A stretch of DNA of 64,000 nt, taken from Octopus vulgaris (taxonomy: Eukaryota). Below the pieces are notes generated by a model. That model did not search any database and was not told the DNA's origin. It was given only the letters and a program-made list of their open reading frames with translations. Within the stretch, counting starts at the first letter, position 1; the number at the start of each line of letters is the position of its first letter. Made by a program: the position numbers and the translations under genes. Below, in pieces: positions 1 through 13,617 of this stretch. Location of the stretch: positions 1,550,001 to 1,614,000 of the forward strand of contig OX597822.1 in assembly GCA_951406725.2 (NCBI GenBank), in the 5' to 3' direction.

Positions 1-116
1 CAGTGAGTATATGCGTGTGCATGAAGGAAGAGAGAGAAATATACATAGATACATATATAGATAGGTAGACAGATAGATGGATGGAGAGAAAAAGAGAAGG
101 AGAGAGTGAGTGAGAA

Positions 117-168
<52 letters not shown>

Positions 169-385
169 GAGAGACTTGCGGAGAGAAAAATCAAAAGCAT
201 TTTATCTCAATCAGAAATCTCTATACAAGTCTGTATTTGCACATTAGTGCGTATATGAATGCATGCATCCGTTCCAGCGTTTGTATTTAGTTCATAAATT
301 CGGTACGCTGGCAGCTAAAATTGATTGCATATTTGGGAATAAACATACTTGGAAATTTGATATTAGTAAGGTTATTTCGTCAGAA

Positions 386-478
<93 letters not shown>

Positions 479-621
479 CCTGTCTGTCTTTCTGTCTGTA
501 CATACATAAATAAATGCATAAATTTATCTATTTCTCTCTCTCTGTCTATTTATCTGTCTCTTTGTCTACCTACCTAACTACCTACCTACCTACCTACCTA
601 CCTACCTATCTATCTATCTAT
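386..621. repeat. (ATCT)n/(ACCT)n microsatellites (also 1757-1865, 2321-2458, 4072-4236)
   Basis: Direct reading. Confidence 0.95.
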
Positions 622-1756
622 CGAAGGGCGAATGGCACCGCGAGTGTCGCGTTGCTCTCAAGCAACTCTGTCGTCCTGGGTCGACCTTGAGTGACTTCAT
701 CACAACCAAAGCATTCTATAGGGGATTAGTGGAGGGGAGGTACGACGACGAGCTCGGGGCGAACCTGGACGTCGACGAGGAATACCTTTCGGGCCAGGGA
801 CCATGGACAACTTCCAGAGATCCCTGGCCTGGCAGTGCTACCGAGAAGCGCTACCCGTTCGGGATAAGCTCTACAGACACGGCTCGAGAAACACGGGCCG
901 ACCTGCCCGAGATACGGTCAGAGCGACGATACCGTTCTGCACGCACTCGTGCAGTGTCCAACAATTTCCGACCTGTGGGCTTGTGTCGAACAACTGCTGT
1001 CACGTGTGGGACGAGTCGGTTTATCAGCTGAGTCTATCGTCAATATTGTCACGCCTCCTTCCTTCAAACGGGAAGGAAGAGCTATTTTCATCATCCTTCT
1101 GGCTATGGCGAAAGAATGTATCTGGTGGACGCGTCTGAAAGGATTGGAGACAAACACTTTCCTCTCTGGTCAATCTCTCATCAACTTCTTCAAGTACCTC
1201 TTGAAAAGGAAAGTGAGAGTAGAGAGGCAAGTTTTGTCTAGCGAATGTTTTAAAAAAAGATGGGTGAATGTAGCAAGGATGGCACGTATGAATGACGAAG
1301 CCACCTTGAGCATAATCCTATGAACCCAGAAATTGAAAACAGAGGGTTACCCACTTGCAAACAAATGTGGTAACATATAACATATTGACCAAGGTTACCG
1401 TGGTCTTTTTCGTAGGCTTTTCTTCCCACGGATAAACCTTACTTGCTTTCCCTTTTACACCATACATCATAACACTGTGATACACGATCCCTATTGATCG
1501 TTTTTTTGGGGGTTTTTTTCCCTCTTCCTCTTTTTTCCCCTTTTTTTCTTCTTTTTTCATTTCTCTTTTCTTTTGTTCCTTTTCTTTTTTTATTTTTTGT
1601 TCTTTTTTTCCCTTTTACGATCCCTTTTGATCGAAAACCTACGCCACCTTTTTTTTTCGTTTTTTGTTTTTTGTTTTTTTTTCATCCCCCAAAAGAAAAG
1701 CTCTGCCTTGTAACTTGTCCAATCTGTGTGCAGCCCTGTGTGGCCAATAAAGAAAC
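622..1756 (+). mobile_element. L1/Tx1-type non-LTR retrotransposon, 5'-truncated 3' fragment (frameshifted) inserted in (ATCT)n
   Basis: Broken frames give LAWQCYREALPVRDKL...TCPRYGQSDDTVLHALVQCPTISDLW...AKECIWWTR, a zf-RVT/C-terminal zinc knuckle typical of L1/Tx1 ORF2. T-rich 3' UTR ending AATAAAGAAAC. Flanked on both sides by (ATCT)n. Confidence 0.75.
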
Positions 1757-2320
<564 letters not shown>

Positions 2321-2344
2321 ATATCTATCTATCTTTCTATCTAT

Positions 2345-2410
<66 letters not shown>

Positions 2411-2508
2411 GTCTATCTATCTATCTAACTATCTATCTATCTATCTATCTATCTATCTGCCTGTCTTTCTGATGGCTATTTGTTTGGCTATCACTGTATG
2501 TATATATG

Positions 2509-2542
<34 letters not shown>

Positions 2543-2589
2543 TCTTATCTGCCGTATAATGGCATCATGTTGCGTTAAACTCTAAAAAT

Positions 2590-2990
2590 AGTGCGCGCCT
2601 TGGAACAACAGCTTATGATGTATTCAAGAGATCTTGCCCTAGAGCAAAAGGTCAATCAGGTCGTTTCGCTCTACACCTTGTAAATAGCCTAAACGGACTG
2701 GAGAGGATGGACCCTCTGAACCAAACACTTCATTCTCTCTGTCATACTTCCAAAATTCTTGACATGTTGCTCCATTGTCTGCTTTCACCAAGGCATCCCG
2801 TTGCTCTATTGCCACTGATCTGCAGTCCTTATTTAACTTCATTGGTGCTCACACTATGTTCTGCACCCTTGCGGTTTCGGGTTGATGTTGTACAGCCGAC
2901 TCAGGCCCATCTTTGTGATAGCCTCCTTTGATGAGTCTTCTGTTTCAGCTGCGCAACTGCCATTCTGACTACCTCGGTTGTCTTCCACTT
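2590..2990 (-). pseudogene. degenerate non-LTR retrotransposon fragment (possibly RLE-type)
   Basis: Minus-strand fragments RKWKTTEVVRMAVAQLKQK... resemble the post-RT region of RLE-type elements. Many stops and frameshifts. Confidence 0.3.
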
Positions 2991-3028
2991 TCTTACTATA
3001 ATCATACATACATGTATATATGTATGTT

Positions 3029-3780
3029 TTCTGAGTTCAAATTCCACCGTGGTTGACTTTGTCTTTCATCCTTTAAAATAAATACTAGTTGCGTATCGGA
3101 GTCAATGCAATCGACTCTCCCCCCCCTCGCCCGAAATTGCTTGCCTTGTGCCAAACTTTGAAACCAGTATGGATGATAACAGGAATATAACTTACTGAAA
3201 TTCATAATATTGGTTTCAAAGTCGATTACGTCGACTCCGGTGCTCAACTGGTACTTATTTTATTGACCCTGAAAGGATGAAAGATAAAGTCGACTTCGGC
3301 GGAATTTGAACTCAGAACCTAAAGACGGACTAAATGCCGCTAAGCATTTTGTCCGGCGTGCTAACGATCCTACCAGCTCGCCGCCTCACACAAATTCATA
3401 ATATTACTAGCAGAGGTTTATTATTCTGTATATTCCTGTAAATTATGACACATGCTTAATAAAGTATAGTAGTGTTCCTTAACTATACAGGGTAGACTAG
3501 CGTCATTGAAAATCTTCGTTTTTACGTGGAACATCTAGGAGAATCCTATTTCTTTATTACCCACAAGAGGCTAAACATAGAGGGGACAAACAAGGACAGA
3601 CAAAGGGATTAAGTCGATTACATCGACACCAGTGCGTGACTGGTACTTAATTTATCGACCCCGAAAGGATGAAAGGCAAAGTCGACCTCGGCGGAATTTG
3701 AACTTACAATGTAAGGGCAGTCAAAATACGGCTACGCATTTCGCCTGGCGTGCTAACGTTTCTGCCAGCTCGTCGCCTTA
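3029..3780. mobile_element. cluster of tRNA-derived SINE family 1 copies (3029-3165 +, 3210-3387 -, 3546-3780 - full length)
   Basis: Consensus ggcgagctggcagaaacgttagcacgcc...gagttcaaattccgccgaggtcgactttgcctttcatcctttcggggtcgataaattaagtaccag...gtgggtaataaagaaata, with a B-box-like GAGTTCAAATTCC. AGAATCC direct repeat flanks the full copy. Confidence 0.85.
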
Positions 3781-4071
3781 GAATCCATTCTGGTGAAGTC
3801 CATCTCTTTCCAAACTACATTCATGAGAGGAACGCAACAGTATTTTACGTCAAAGAAAACTTGCCCACTTTTAACACCGTCCATAACAGTGTGCTTTTCC
3901 TGCGATTCTGAAATCTATTTTTTACTTTGGATGCTAATTATTTTAGCCCCAGGAACACATAGCATTGATGGCAGGGCACAACTGCTTATCTTTCGTCTCA
4001 TTTCCTGCTATCCTACCAACGCAACCACCCATTCTCTCATATTTTTCCCCCTTTCTCTCTCGCAAATTTTC

Positions 4072-4237
<166 letters not shown>

Positions 4238-5928
4238 ACTGTTACTTACAGAAACTTGTATTTGTTGGGATCACGTGTGCTTGATTCGATTAAGCTCAGT
4301 TCGACATTGATGGAGCTGACAGGATCAAACTTGTATCCGCCGTGACCACCCTGGCTTTGTGCATATTTAGGAATACAATGATTTACTCGTAGTTGTCTAC
4401 AGCTGCTCAGATAAACATCAATCAAGAATTCAACGCCTGCAGATTCTCACCCATATTCCCAAACAGTACAAATTCTGTGTGAGACCATTGTTTGGTGAGC
4501 AAAGGATAGCCTCGTGCATCACACAGCACTCATGCCCCAAGACCTCTTTGGCTGCAGCAAATCCTTCCAGTCCGTTGCCAAAGGGATCGCTAAGAACTTT
4601 GCCTTACCCTCTTTTCCTCTCTTCGAAACAATAATGACTCCGTAAGCAATACCCCATGGAAAAATCTACTTTCGTTGCCTGTTTTGCATCTGACTCTTCA
4701 GAACATGTCCTTGATAAAACCCCCACCAAATCTTCTTCCTTTCTCTCCAGTAGGATCACCACTGTGCATACAAACATACAAACACATCAAGTTCAGAAAT
4801 ACCTCCGATTGCTTCAAAGTCAGCATTTCCGACAATCTCCTTTCTATTACACTTAACATCATCAACCATACTGATATTGGAGGGCCTACAAGGATCATAC
4901 GCAATGCTCCTTTCTCTAATATAAAAAAAAAATAAATGGTGCAATCTATCTTTCTATTTTGTTTTTCCTTTGAAACAGTGTGTGTGATTTGAGGTAAAAT
5001 ATACTGTTATATATGGGGCTACGTGGAAGGTCTCTCTATAGTTTGGTAATAAATCTTCAAGCGTTTTGATGCTGTTATTATTTGGGTTTCAGACAACTTA
5101 ATTGTGGTGTATAGATTTAAATCTTAACACTTCAGGTTTTAACCTCCGAGAAGCTTCAAAGAAATGCCAAGGAGAGATCAATTCATGGTAATAGACTGTA
5201 GAAACACTTCATAAGCATTTTATATCGATCCCTTCGATTTCTTATAATGCTCAATTGATATATTCATATGAGATTCAGGGTATCAACAAATTATGACTAG
5301 AAGTAACATATAATAGTTCCACTAATACTTAATAATATTTCTAAGAATATTAACAAAGCATTATGAGTAATGTTATCTAACTATTATTCAGTAATGATAC
5401 ACAGAAAACAAGGATATTATTAGTAATAATATCATTCAGCATAAAAGGATCACCGCTGTAAGCCAACACAAATAATTGCCGGTGGTTTTTATTTTCTTCG
5501 TACTATATATATATATGCACATATATATGTTGTACACACACACGCAGACACACACACACACACATACGCACACACACGCGCATGCATATATCAAGAATGG
5601 CTGTGTGGATAAGAAGTTCGCTTTACAACCACGTGGTTTCGGGTTCAATCCTACAGCGGAATGCCCCTAACAATTGTCTTCTACTAAAACCTGAAGTGGA
5701 TTAATGCCTGGTGAGTAAATTTTGTAAGAGAAAGCTTGTAGCGTGCGAGCGTGTCTGTGTGTCCCACCACCGCTTGACAACCGCTCCTGGTGTGTTTACG
5801 TTTCTGGTTTGGCGGAATAAGTACTGGGATCGATTCATTCAACTAACACTTTATCCAGGGCGGTGCCCCAGCAGGGCAACAGTCTAATGACTAAAACTAA
5901 TAAAATATAAATATACATACATATATAC

Positions 5929-5984
<56 letters not shown>

Positions 5985-6178
5985 GCTCGCTAAGGGACAT
6001 GCTCAAGGTCAAACAACCGACAATCAAATCTGTGGTATTGAGCAGAATATTTGCTGTAAAAGCCATCTTTTATACCAAGACAAAACAATGTACATGATAA
6101 CACTTCCAATCAGTTAAGATTAGAAGCCATGAGAGCCACTGCCTGGCACTGCATCAAGGCATTGATTATTATTATTAC

Positions 6179-6229
<51 letters not shown>

Positions 6230-6539
6230 TATTATTATTATTATTATTATTATCATTATTATTATTATTATTATTAGCAATAACAAAATATGACTACAAA
6301 ATCTCTGTTCATTGGGGGTCATTAATTCTAATTATCTTATTACTGCAAGAACTTCCTATTTTCTGACGATCTCTTGGGCACAGCTTCTGGAATGTCTCTT
6401 ATCAAGCTCCAGCTGTAATCTGCCATTACTTTCGAGCCCCATGGGCCTTAGTGGCGCTCTTCCAATAATTTTGCGTCTTGATGAAAGCGTTCACCTTGTT
6501 CTTCACTGACGTCACCCAGGTTCTCTGCAAACTCACCCA

Positions 6540-7110
6540 AGTGACTCTATGACGAGTGTAATTCAATGCTCGTTCTACATCCAAGTGCTTGCAAACGCAA
6601 GAGCAGCTCCTCCACAATCTCTTCATAGTTGTCAGCTTTCCTGTTTCCAAGGAAATTCCGCACCACAACGGGGAAGGCATTCCAAGCTCTAACCTCCGTC
6701 GCACTCATTGCTGTAACAAAATGGGGATTCCTGACGATTGTTCTTATTTGAATTCCATCAAATATTTCTGCCTTTTTCTCGTCACTGAGACTTGGAAAGG
6801 TTGTATATATATATATATATATATGTGTGAAGCAGTCTCCACCGTGATCAAGAGCTCTGATGAATTGCTTCATCGCACCAAGTTTCAACACAGGTTTTGT
6901 CCTGGTATCCAGGTGCTACTTTAAAGTAAGCAAGGTACACTTTCTTGACAAAGTTATTAAAGATGCGCCTTTGAGCCTGTTGAGTGAAGTATCCACAGAC
7001 GTAACAGAAACATTGAGGTCCTTCTTTTTGATGTTGTATCCATAACACAGGGGTCCAGTTCACATCTGAAAAGAAGAAAAAGGGTTTTAAAGCAAAACTC
7101 CGCTTAAACA
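6540..7110 (-). pseudogene. degenerate DNA-transposon transposase (Chapaev3/CMC-like)
   Basis: FCYVCGYFT...VKKVYLAYF, LKLGAMKQFIRALD...FPSLSDEKKAEIFDGIQIR...AW...NFLGNRKADNY...LGCR.S: motifs I recall from Chapaev3-type transposases. Internally deleted and interrupted by (TA)n. Confidence 0.5.
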
Positions 7111-7776
7111 TATTACTCTTGTACACTTTTATTTGTTTCAGTCGTTTGACTACGGCCATGCTGCAGCACAACTTTTTAATCGAGCAAATCGATCCCAGGG
7201 CTTATTCTTTGTTAGCCTAGTACTTATTCTATCGGTCTCTTTTGCTGAACCGCTAACTTACGGGGACATAAATACACACAAACATATACACGCACATACA
7301 TACATACATATCGTTGCAGTCAGTGGTAGCACTGAATAATTGGGCGGTTTAATAGCTTTTAATACTGATGTCAAATTAAACCATCAAAATGGCTTGAGAA
7401 TTGTACCAACAAGATGTACCAACACCACAACCGTAATCTAAGTTATCTCCCCTGGTCAGTTTCGAGTTTCGTTTTTGTTTTTTTTCCTGTTTTTTGTTGT
7501 ATATTTTTCACGGTTGTTTAACGAAATCCTCCGACTGCAGCTCGCAGATCAGCTAATCACTATGTTGCACTATTGTACATTTTGTTGCAGCTTAATGCAC
7601 TTTCTTAGAGTTCCGTGCACAACCTTATTTCCTTACTTTCGCACAGCGATTATCGACAAAAGTTTTCATCTTAAAAACAAATATTGATTAATTTCTGGTT
7701 TTTCTTTGCCAAATCAATTAGTGATAGATTTTCAAAGTAATCATAAGTCATGCCGCTTTCGTTGCCACAACCAAAT

Positions 7777-7781
7777 CCACC

Positions 7782-7860
<79 letters not shown>

Positions 7861-7868
7861 ATACTACG

Positions 7869-7912
<44 letters not shown>
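7777..7912. repeat. (CCA)n/(CTA)n trinucleotide repeats; (TTA)n at 6165-6277 and 10819-10874; (AGT)/(AGC)n at 57270-57478
   Basis: Direct reading. Confidence 0.95.
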
Positions 7913-8064
7913 CAACAGCAACAACCACTACCGGCAATGCTGCCACCACGCCCGCTCCTGTCTTCATAACATCAATCACCCACGACCTCGAGCATAGTAT
8001 CTGTTGCTTCGGAAATTTGAAACTCCATTACAATTTTACAACAACAGACCCATGACTACTACTG

Positions 8065-8097
<33 letters not shown>

Positions 8098-8428
8098 TAC
8101 ACACACACGTATATCTGTATGTGTGTATGTGTGTGTGTGTATGTGTGTGTGTGTATGTGTGTGTGTACAGTTGAAACACTCCTATCACAACCTGGGATCT
8201 TGAAGACTACTTTAATGCAAGAAAGTATACTAGTCCCTTAATATTTTATATTCAATATTTCATCTATTCAATAAGACAATACTTCATTTCATTATACTGT
8301 ATTTACTATTTATACTATATATTCTATATTCTACATTAATATTAAAAAGAATATAAATAAAACATAAAAAAACAGTGTTGGAATTCCTTTGAATAATATA
8401 TATCCTCTATACACAATCATACAAACTC

Positions 8429-8711
<283 letters not shown>

Positions 8712-9308
8712 ATAAATTTGACATGGGCGATTATTTCTTGTCTTGGGGTTCACGGTCAAACAAGCTGAATGAAATTGCGCCAAAAATTACAAAGATGTGT
8801 AGAATGATCCGGTGGTGATGGGCTTTGTATTTTTTCATAGCTCCCATGGTTACTGAGATAATCTACTATAATAATACTCCTGTGTTTATGAATGAGAAAG
8901 GAAGAGGTGAGTGTTTCAATAAGTGTGTGTACGTAAAAGGGGTGTATGTGAATGTGTGTGTGTATTCAGGTGCACGCGAGCAATGGAAATGGGATGGTTC
9001 ATTTTTGTTCGCTTAGTATTTGGGTTTATGTTTTGATTTGGTTAAATCCTGGCTGTTTTTTTTTTTTGTGTTTGTCAGATATTTTTAGCGTTTTGACAGA
9101 AAAAGTCATTCTAAAATTGTTTTTTAACGTAAGCGTGCCCAAACAAGTCGAATGCTTACACAGAGCAGGTTTTATAGCCACATCATCCAAACCGACCGGG
9201 TGAAACCGGGCTTAGCTTCCAGTATATATAATGGACTCCTTATTCATTCGGAATTAGGATTTTGCAGACTTCGAAACATATGTCGAAAATAAAATAAAGG
9301 AACTTTGT

Positions 9309-9361
<53 letters not shown>

Positions 9362-10137
9362 CATACTACCACTACCATCACCAATATCACAACATTACCA
9401 CCATCATCATCAAAATCACAAATGCTGCCGAAACCTACACCATTACGACGATGGCCTCTAACCATTTCCTACATAACCCCCCCACCAACTCCGCCAACTC
9501 CTTCACTACTAACACAACCACTATTACCATCGTCACTAACATCACCATCACTACCGCCGCCGCCGCCGCCACTATCCCCACACATCTGTCGCTGACACCG
9601 CTGCCAGCACAACCTCCGTCACCACCGTCGAAACCTGCCGCTCCCTCCGAAGCCACCCACTGCCGCCGTCACCGCCACCGCCACCGCAAACAGCAATAAG
9701 AACCGTGACATACTACGAGCTTAATAGTAAGACCATTTAGTAGCATTAGTACCAGCAACGACAGCGGTCATACCAAACTTCGTTTCTCAATAAAACCTGA
9801 ATTAACCTACAAACACCTCAGCTCCGAGCAAAGCACTTACCAAAGTTTTCGCGAGACGCCACCAAATCCACACAAAGAAGACAGGAACATTGAATGAAGA
9901 ATAGGTATTTTGCGCCCTTTATGTCCAGACAATCAGAACGCAATGCAATGCGAAAATATAAAATTAAAAAATGATTAAGACCAGATAATATTACAAAAGT
10001 ACAATTTTAAAACCTAACAAAATCGGAGAGATTTCAACATAATCCAGATCCATTAGGTCCCTATGTACAATCTTAAACATTATTGTGGGGTATTATTTAT
10101 ATTTGACCAATATTTGTCTTCGTCTTGTTTGTTGTTA

Positions 10138-10181
10138 ACACAATGTTTCGGCTAATATACAATCCAACCTTCATCAGGTGT
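10138..10181 (-). ncRNA. minimal type I hammerhead, family A (stem III mutated)
   Basis: ACAC-CTGATGA-A-GGTTG...TAGCC-GAAA-CA-TT-GTGT. A third copy at 11121-11161 has lost the CTGA part. Confidence 0.6.
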
Positions 10182-10261
10182 CTTGGGGGGAAATTTCGAA
10201 CCTGGGTTCTCATTCCTAAGGTATTTTTCGATGTTGTTGTTGTTATGTTTTTCTTATTATT

Positions 10262-10815
10262 ATCGAGTGAGAGAGCAGTGCATTGCATCAATGTGACACT
10301 GGGGTAAAATATACGAAGCCCAGTATACCCATCATGACTACTCGTTTGATAAGGGTGCAACAGGCACATTCATCACAACCATATGTGTGCGACATGGTGA
10401 TCTCATATCAAGATAAACAGCGCATGACCTTGCAGGTGGGACCCAGTTAGAATGTCTTCTGGTCCAGTAGCCCATCCCGCTCAAAAGGTCCCTGAATAAG
10501 GATTGTTTAAGGATGTTGAACGAACTACCCATATTTCCAAAGGTGAATTATCCAAACCTCCAGAATTCCTTTCAACACTCGGCTATGATGCTCCCTCACA
10601 ACTTCTGCTCATAATCAGAGATGCACATATCGTCAGCCACTAAGGGACATGCTCAACTGTTTAAGGTAAAACAACTGACAATCACATCTGTGGTATTGAG
10701 CAGAATATTTTCTGTAGCCCATCTTTTATACCAAGACAAAACAACGTACATAACACTTCCAATCAGTTAAGATCAGAAGCGATGAGAGCCACTGCCTGGC
10801 ACTGCATCAAGGCAT
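10262..10815 (-). mobile_element. about 550 bp non-coding interspersed element embedded in (TAA)n; partial copy at 5985-6162
   Basis: 10636-10815 is nearly identical to 5988-6162. Both ends abut (TTA)n. No ORF. Orientation inferred from the (AAT)n run after ...ctctctcactc. Confidence 0.65.
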
Positions 10816-10817
10816 TG

Positions 10818-10878
<61 letters not shown>

Positions 10879-11039
10879 TCACTACCCGAAATCGAACTCA
10901 GAATCTTGGGGTAAATAGCATGCGCTCTTAACCACTACGTCATATGGTGGTGATGTTAGTAACCCTTTAGCATATGGCGTAGTGGTTTAGAGCGCAGGCT
11001 ACTAATCCCAAGATTCTGAGTTCGATTCCAGGCAGTGAT

Positions 11040-11076
<37 letters not shown>

Positions 11077-11466
11077 TCGAAAAATACCTTGGAAATGAGA
11101 ACGCAGGTTCGAAATTTTCCCAAGATGAAGGGTGGAGGGTATATCAACCGAAACGTTGTGTTAACAACAAACAAGATGAGGAGAAATATCCGTCAAATGT
11201 AAATAATGTACATAATTCCTCATCTCTTAAATATAGAACTGTATTATTCTTGGAGGGTTATATCTTCATATCATTCACCTGCGAATCACTTTTTTCAACC
11301 TGGATGCAGGGCAATACACTTCCAACAAAACCCAATAAAGAAAAATACGCGATGGCTTCCGCAACAGACACTTCTAGCGCATAACATTGTAACTATCATA
11401 GACACCAATGAAGATTTTAACTCTGTCCTCCGCTATCCACCTATATAAAATTTACTCAGCATACCT

Positions 11467-11687
11467 TAACCCTTCAGCATTAGGTTTACTTTGTCAAATA
11501 TAATGCATTTTTAGTGACATTGTTTTGAATTAATTTTGCATAATCTTGTAGCTTCAAGATTTCGGTGATGTGATTAATTATTTTTAGAATGACATAGTAG
11601 GATATTTTTAAGAAGCTGGATTTTGCCAATTCAAGCATAAAAGAAGTAGAATGTTTTTGGGATGGTATGGCCGGTTTAAATGGTAAA
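11467..11687. mobile_element. degenerate piggyBac-type MITE
   Basis: Starts TTAA-CCCTT. The right end (tttaaatggtaaa) only partly mirrors the left end. Confidence 0.35.
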
Positions 11688-12344
11688 TACAATACAAAAT
11701 ACTAACAAACTATTTTTTGTCGGTCAAGTCTATCTAATGAGCTGGAACACACCTCTAACATACATACACCGTTTATCCACTCTTTCGCAATCTAATATCA
11801 TCTTCATCATCATCACATCATCGTCATAGTTACCATCTCGTTGTTGTTGCGTCCTTAAATATTTCGTCCTTAAGAATCTTTGAGTTTTAATGAATGCTTC
11901 ATTATAATAAGAATTTGTTTTGTGAAGTAACTTGATAAAACATTTATGATGGCAAAAAGAAGATTAGAAATGATTATTATATGGGATATCTCTTCATTTG
12001 GTTTCCAAATAAATAATATTCATATGAATTACATGTGTGTATATGTATGTTGGTTGGTAAGGTAGGTATAGGAGTGAGAGAAAGAGAGAGCGGGAGAGAG
12101 CGTCAATTGAGTTGAAATTTAATAATGCTTTTTGTAGATTTAAAAAAATACCAATATTTATATTCGTTTGGAAACCATATTAAAACTGTATAGAAATAAA
12201 ATTTCTAATCATCCATCTGGTATTATAAATATTATATCAAATGTTTCATCTTGTATTTTAATTTTCACAAAGCGGCTTTTCATTATAATGAAGGATTTAA
12301 ACTCGGTGGTTTCCGTGATAAGTTTAATTACATAAATAATAATA

Positions 12345-12937
12345 ATGTTAAATTCAACTTACGTTGAAAGTCAACAAAGTTTGCTTTAGAAGCGTTGTAA
12401 TGTATTAAAAGATACAGATAAAGAAATGATTTTATTCTCAAATGCAGGATGATGCTAATAATATAGCATGAACAGAATAAACTATCCATATTTTGCAGAA
12501 AAATCTGTCAGCGGCCAGCTATGAGACTCGAACTAACATCGCTGATTACGCGTCAAATGCTTTACCATTTATTAAAGATAAACTGCGCCATCGACAAATT
12601 CTTCTGCAAATTTAGGATATATAAATTTAGCTTTATAATATATCTCAACGCTTCTAAAGCAAATTTTGTTGACTTTCAACGTAAGTTGAATTTAACGTAC
12701 GATAACGTCTTATAAAGCTAGATTTATATAGCCTAAGCTTGCAGAAGAATTTTCCGTTGAGGCAGTTTAGCTTAATGGTAAAGCACTTGACGCGTAATCA
12801 CAGGGATGTGAGTTCGTGTCTCATAGCTAGCCGCCAACAGATTTTTCTGCAAAATTTGGATAGTTTATCCTCTCCGTGCTATATTATTAGCATTACCCTG
12901 TGTTTGAGAATAAAGTTATTTCCTTATCTGTATCTTT
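12345..12937. repeat. nested inverted repeats containing a tRNA-Thr(CGT)-like sequence
   Basis: 12411-12638 is the inverse of 12710-12935; 12347-12397 is the inverse of 12646-12696. 12761-12832 reads GCAGTTTAGCTTAATGGTAAAGCACTTGACGCGTAATCA..GAGTTCG. Confidence 0.7.
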
Positions 12938-13617
12938 AAATAATCATAATGGTTTCAAATTTTGACACATGGCCAGCAATTTCGGGATTTGGGTTAAGTC
13001 GATTTTATTGACCCCGGTGCTCAGCTGGTACTTATTTTATCAATCCCGAACGGATGAAAGGCAAAGTCGATCTGGCCTAATTTGAACTCAGAAAAGCCGC
13101 TAAGCATTTGTCCGGAGTAGTAACGCTTCTGCCGACTCAAGGCCAAAAGACTTTAGAAGTGAGATGCTTGTTGGTGTGATCTGCTGATTTTATACAAGGA
13201 TACAAACAATTGAAATCGACAAGGTAGATACATATCAAGATCTGAATAGAGACATAAGCAGATTATGGGACTGCAGAAAAATGAGGTCATACCGATAGTC
13301 AATGGAGCTTTAGGAAAGACAGGGAAGAGCCTCAGTTAGTAGATAGAAAAGGCTGGTTTGCAGAAGCACGTAGAATACATGCAACCGGCCTGCTTCTTAC
13401 GAACGGCGAAGATTATTCTAAAGTCCTTAAATGGCTGAGGTCAGAGGTGGTGACTTGCTCTCCAAAAGTAAACCTACCTAAATTCCATCATAGATGTGAG
13501 ATAATAATAACACCACCACCACCACCACCACCACCACCACCACTACCACCACCACCACCACCACCACCACCACCACATATATACATATACGAAAACAAGC
13601 ATGCACACATACCTATA

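Noticed and set aside
9355-9700. Pro/Thr-rich ORFs as a mucin-like exon
   Set aside because: Degenerate (CCA/CCG/CAT)n low-complexity sequence, open in several frames, with no convincing splice sites.
12761-12832. Functional tRNA-Thr gene (likewise 10975-11032 and 30098-30172)
   Set aside because: Acceptor and T stems pair poorly, and each is embedded in a repeated element; these are tRNA-derived heads.
13447-13617. Poly-proline N-terminus of the 581-aa ORF as a chimeric protein
   Set aside because: GTG start plus a (CCA)n microsatellite happen to be in frame with a 5'-truncated LINE.
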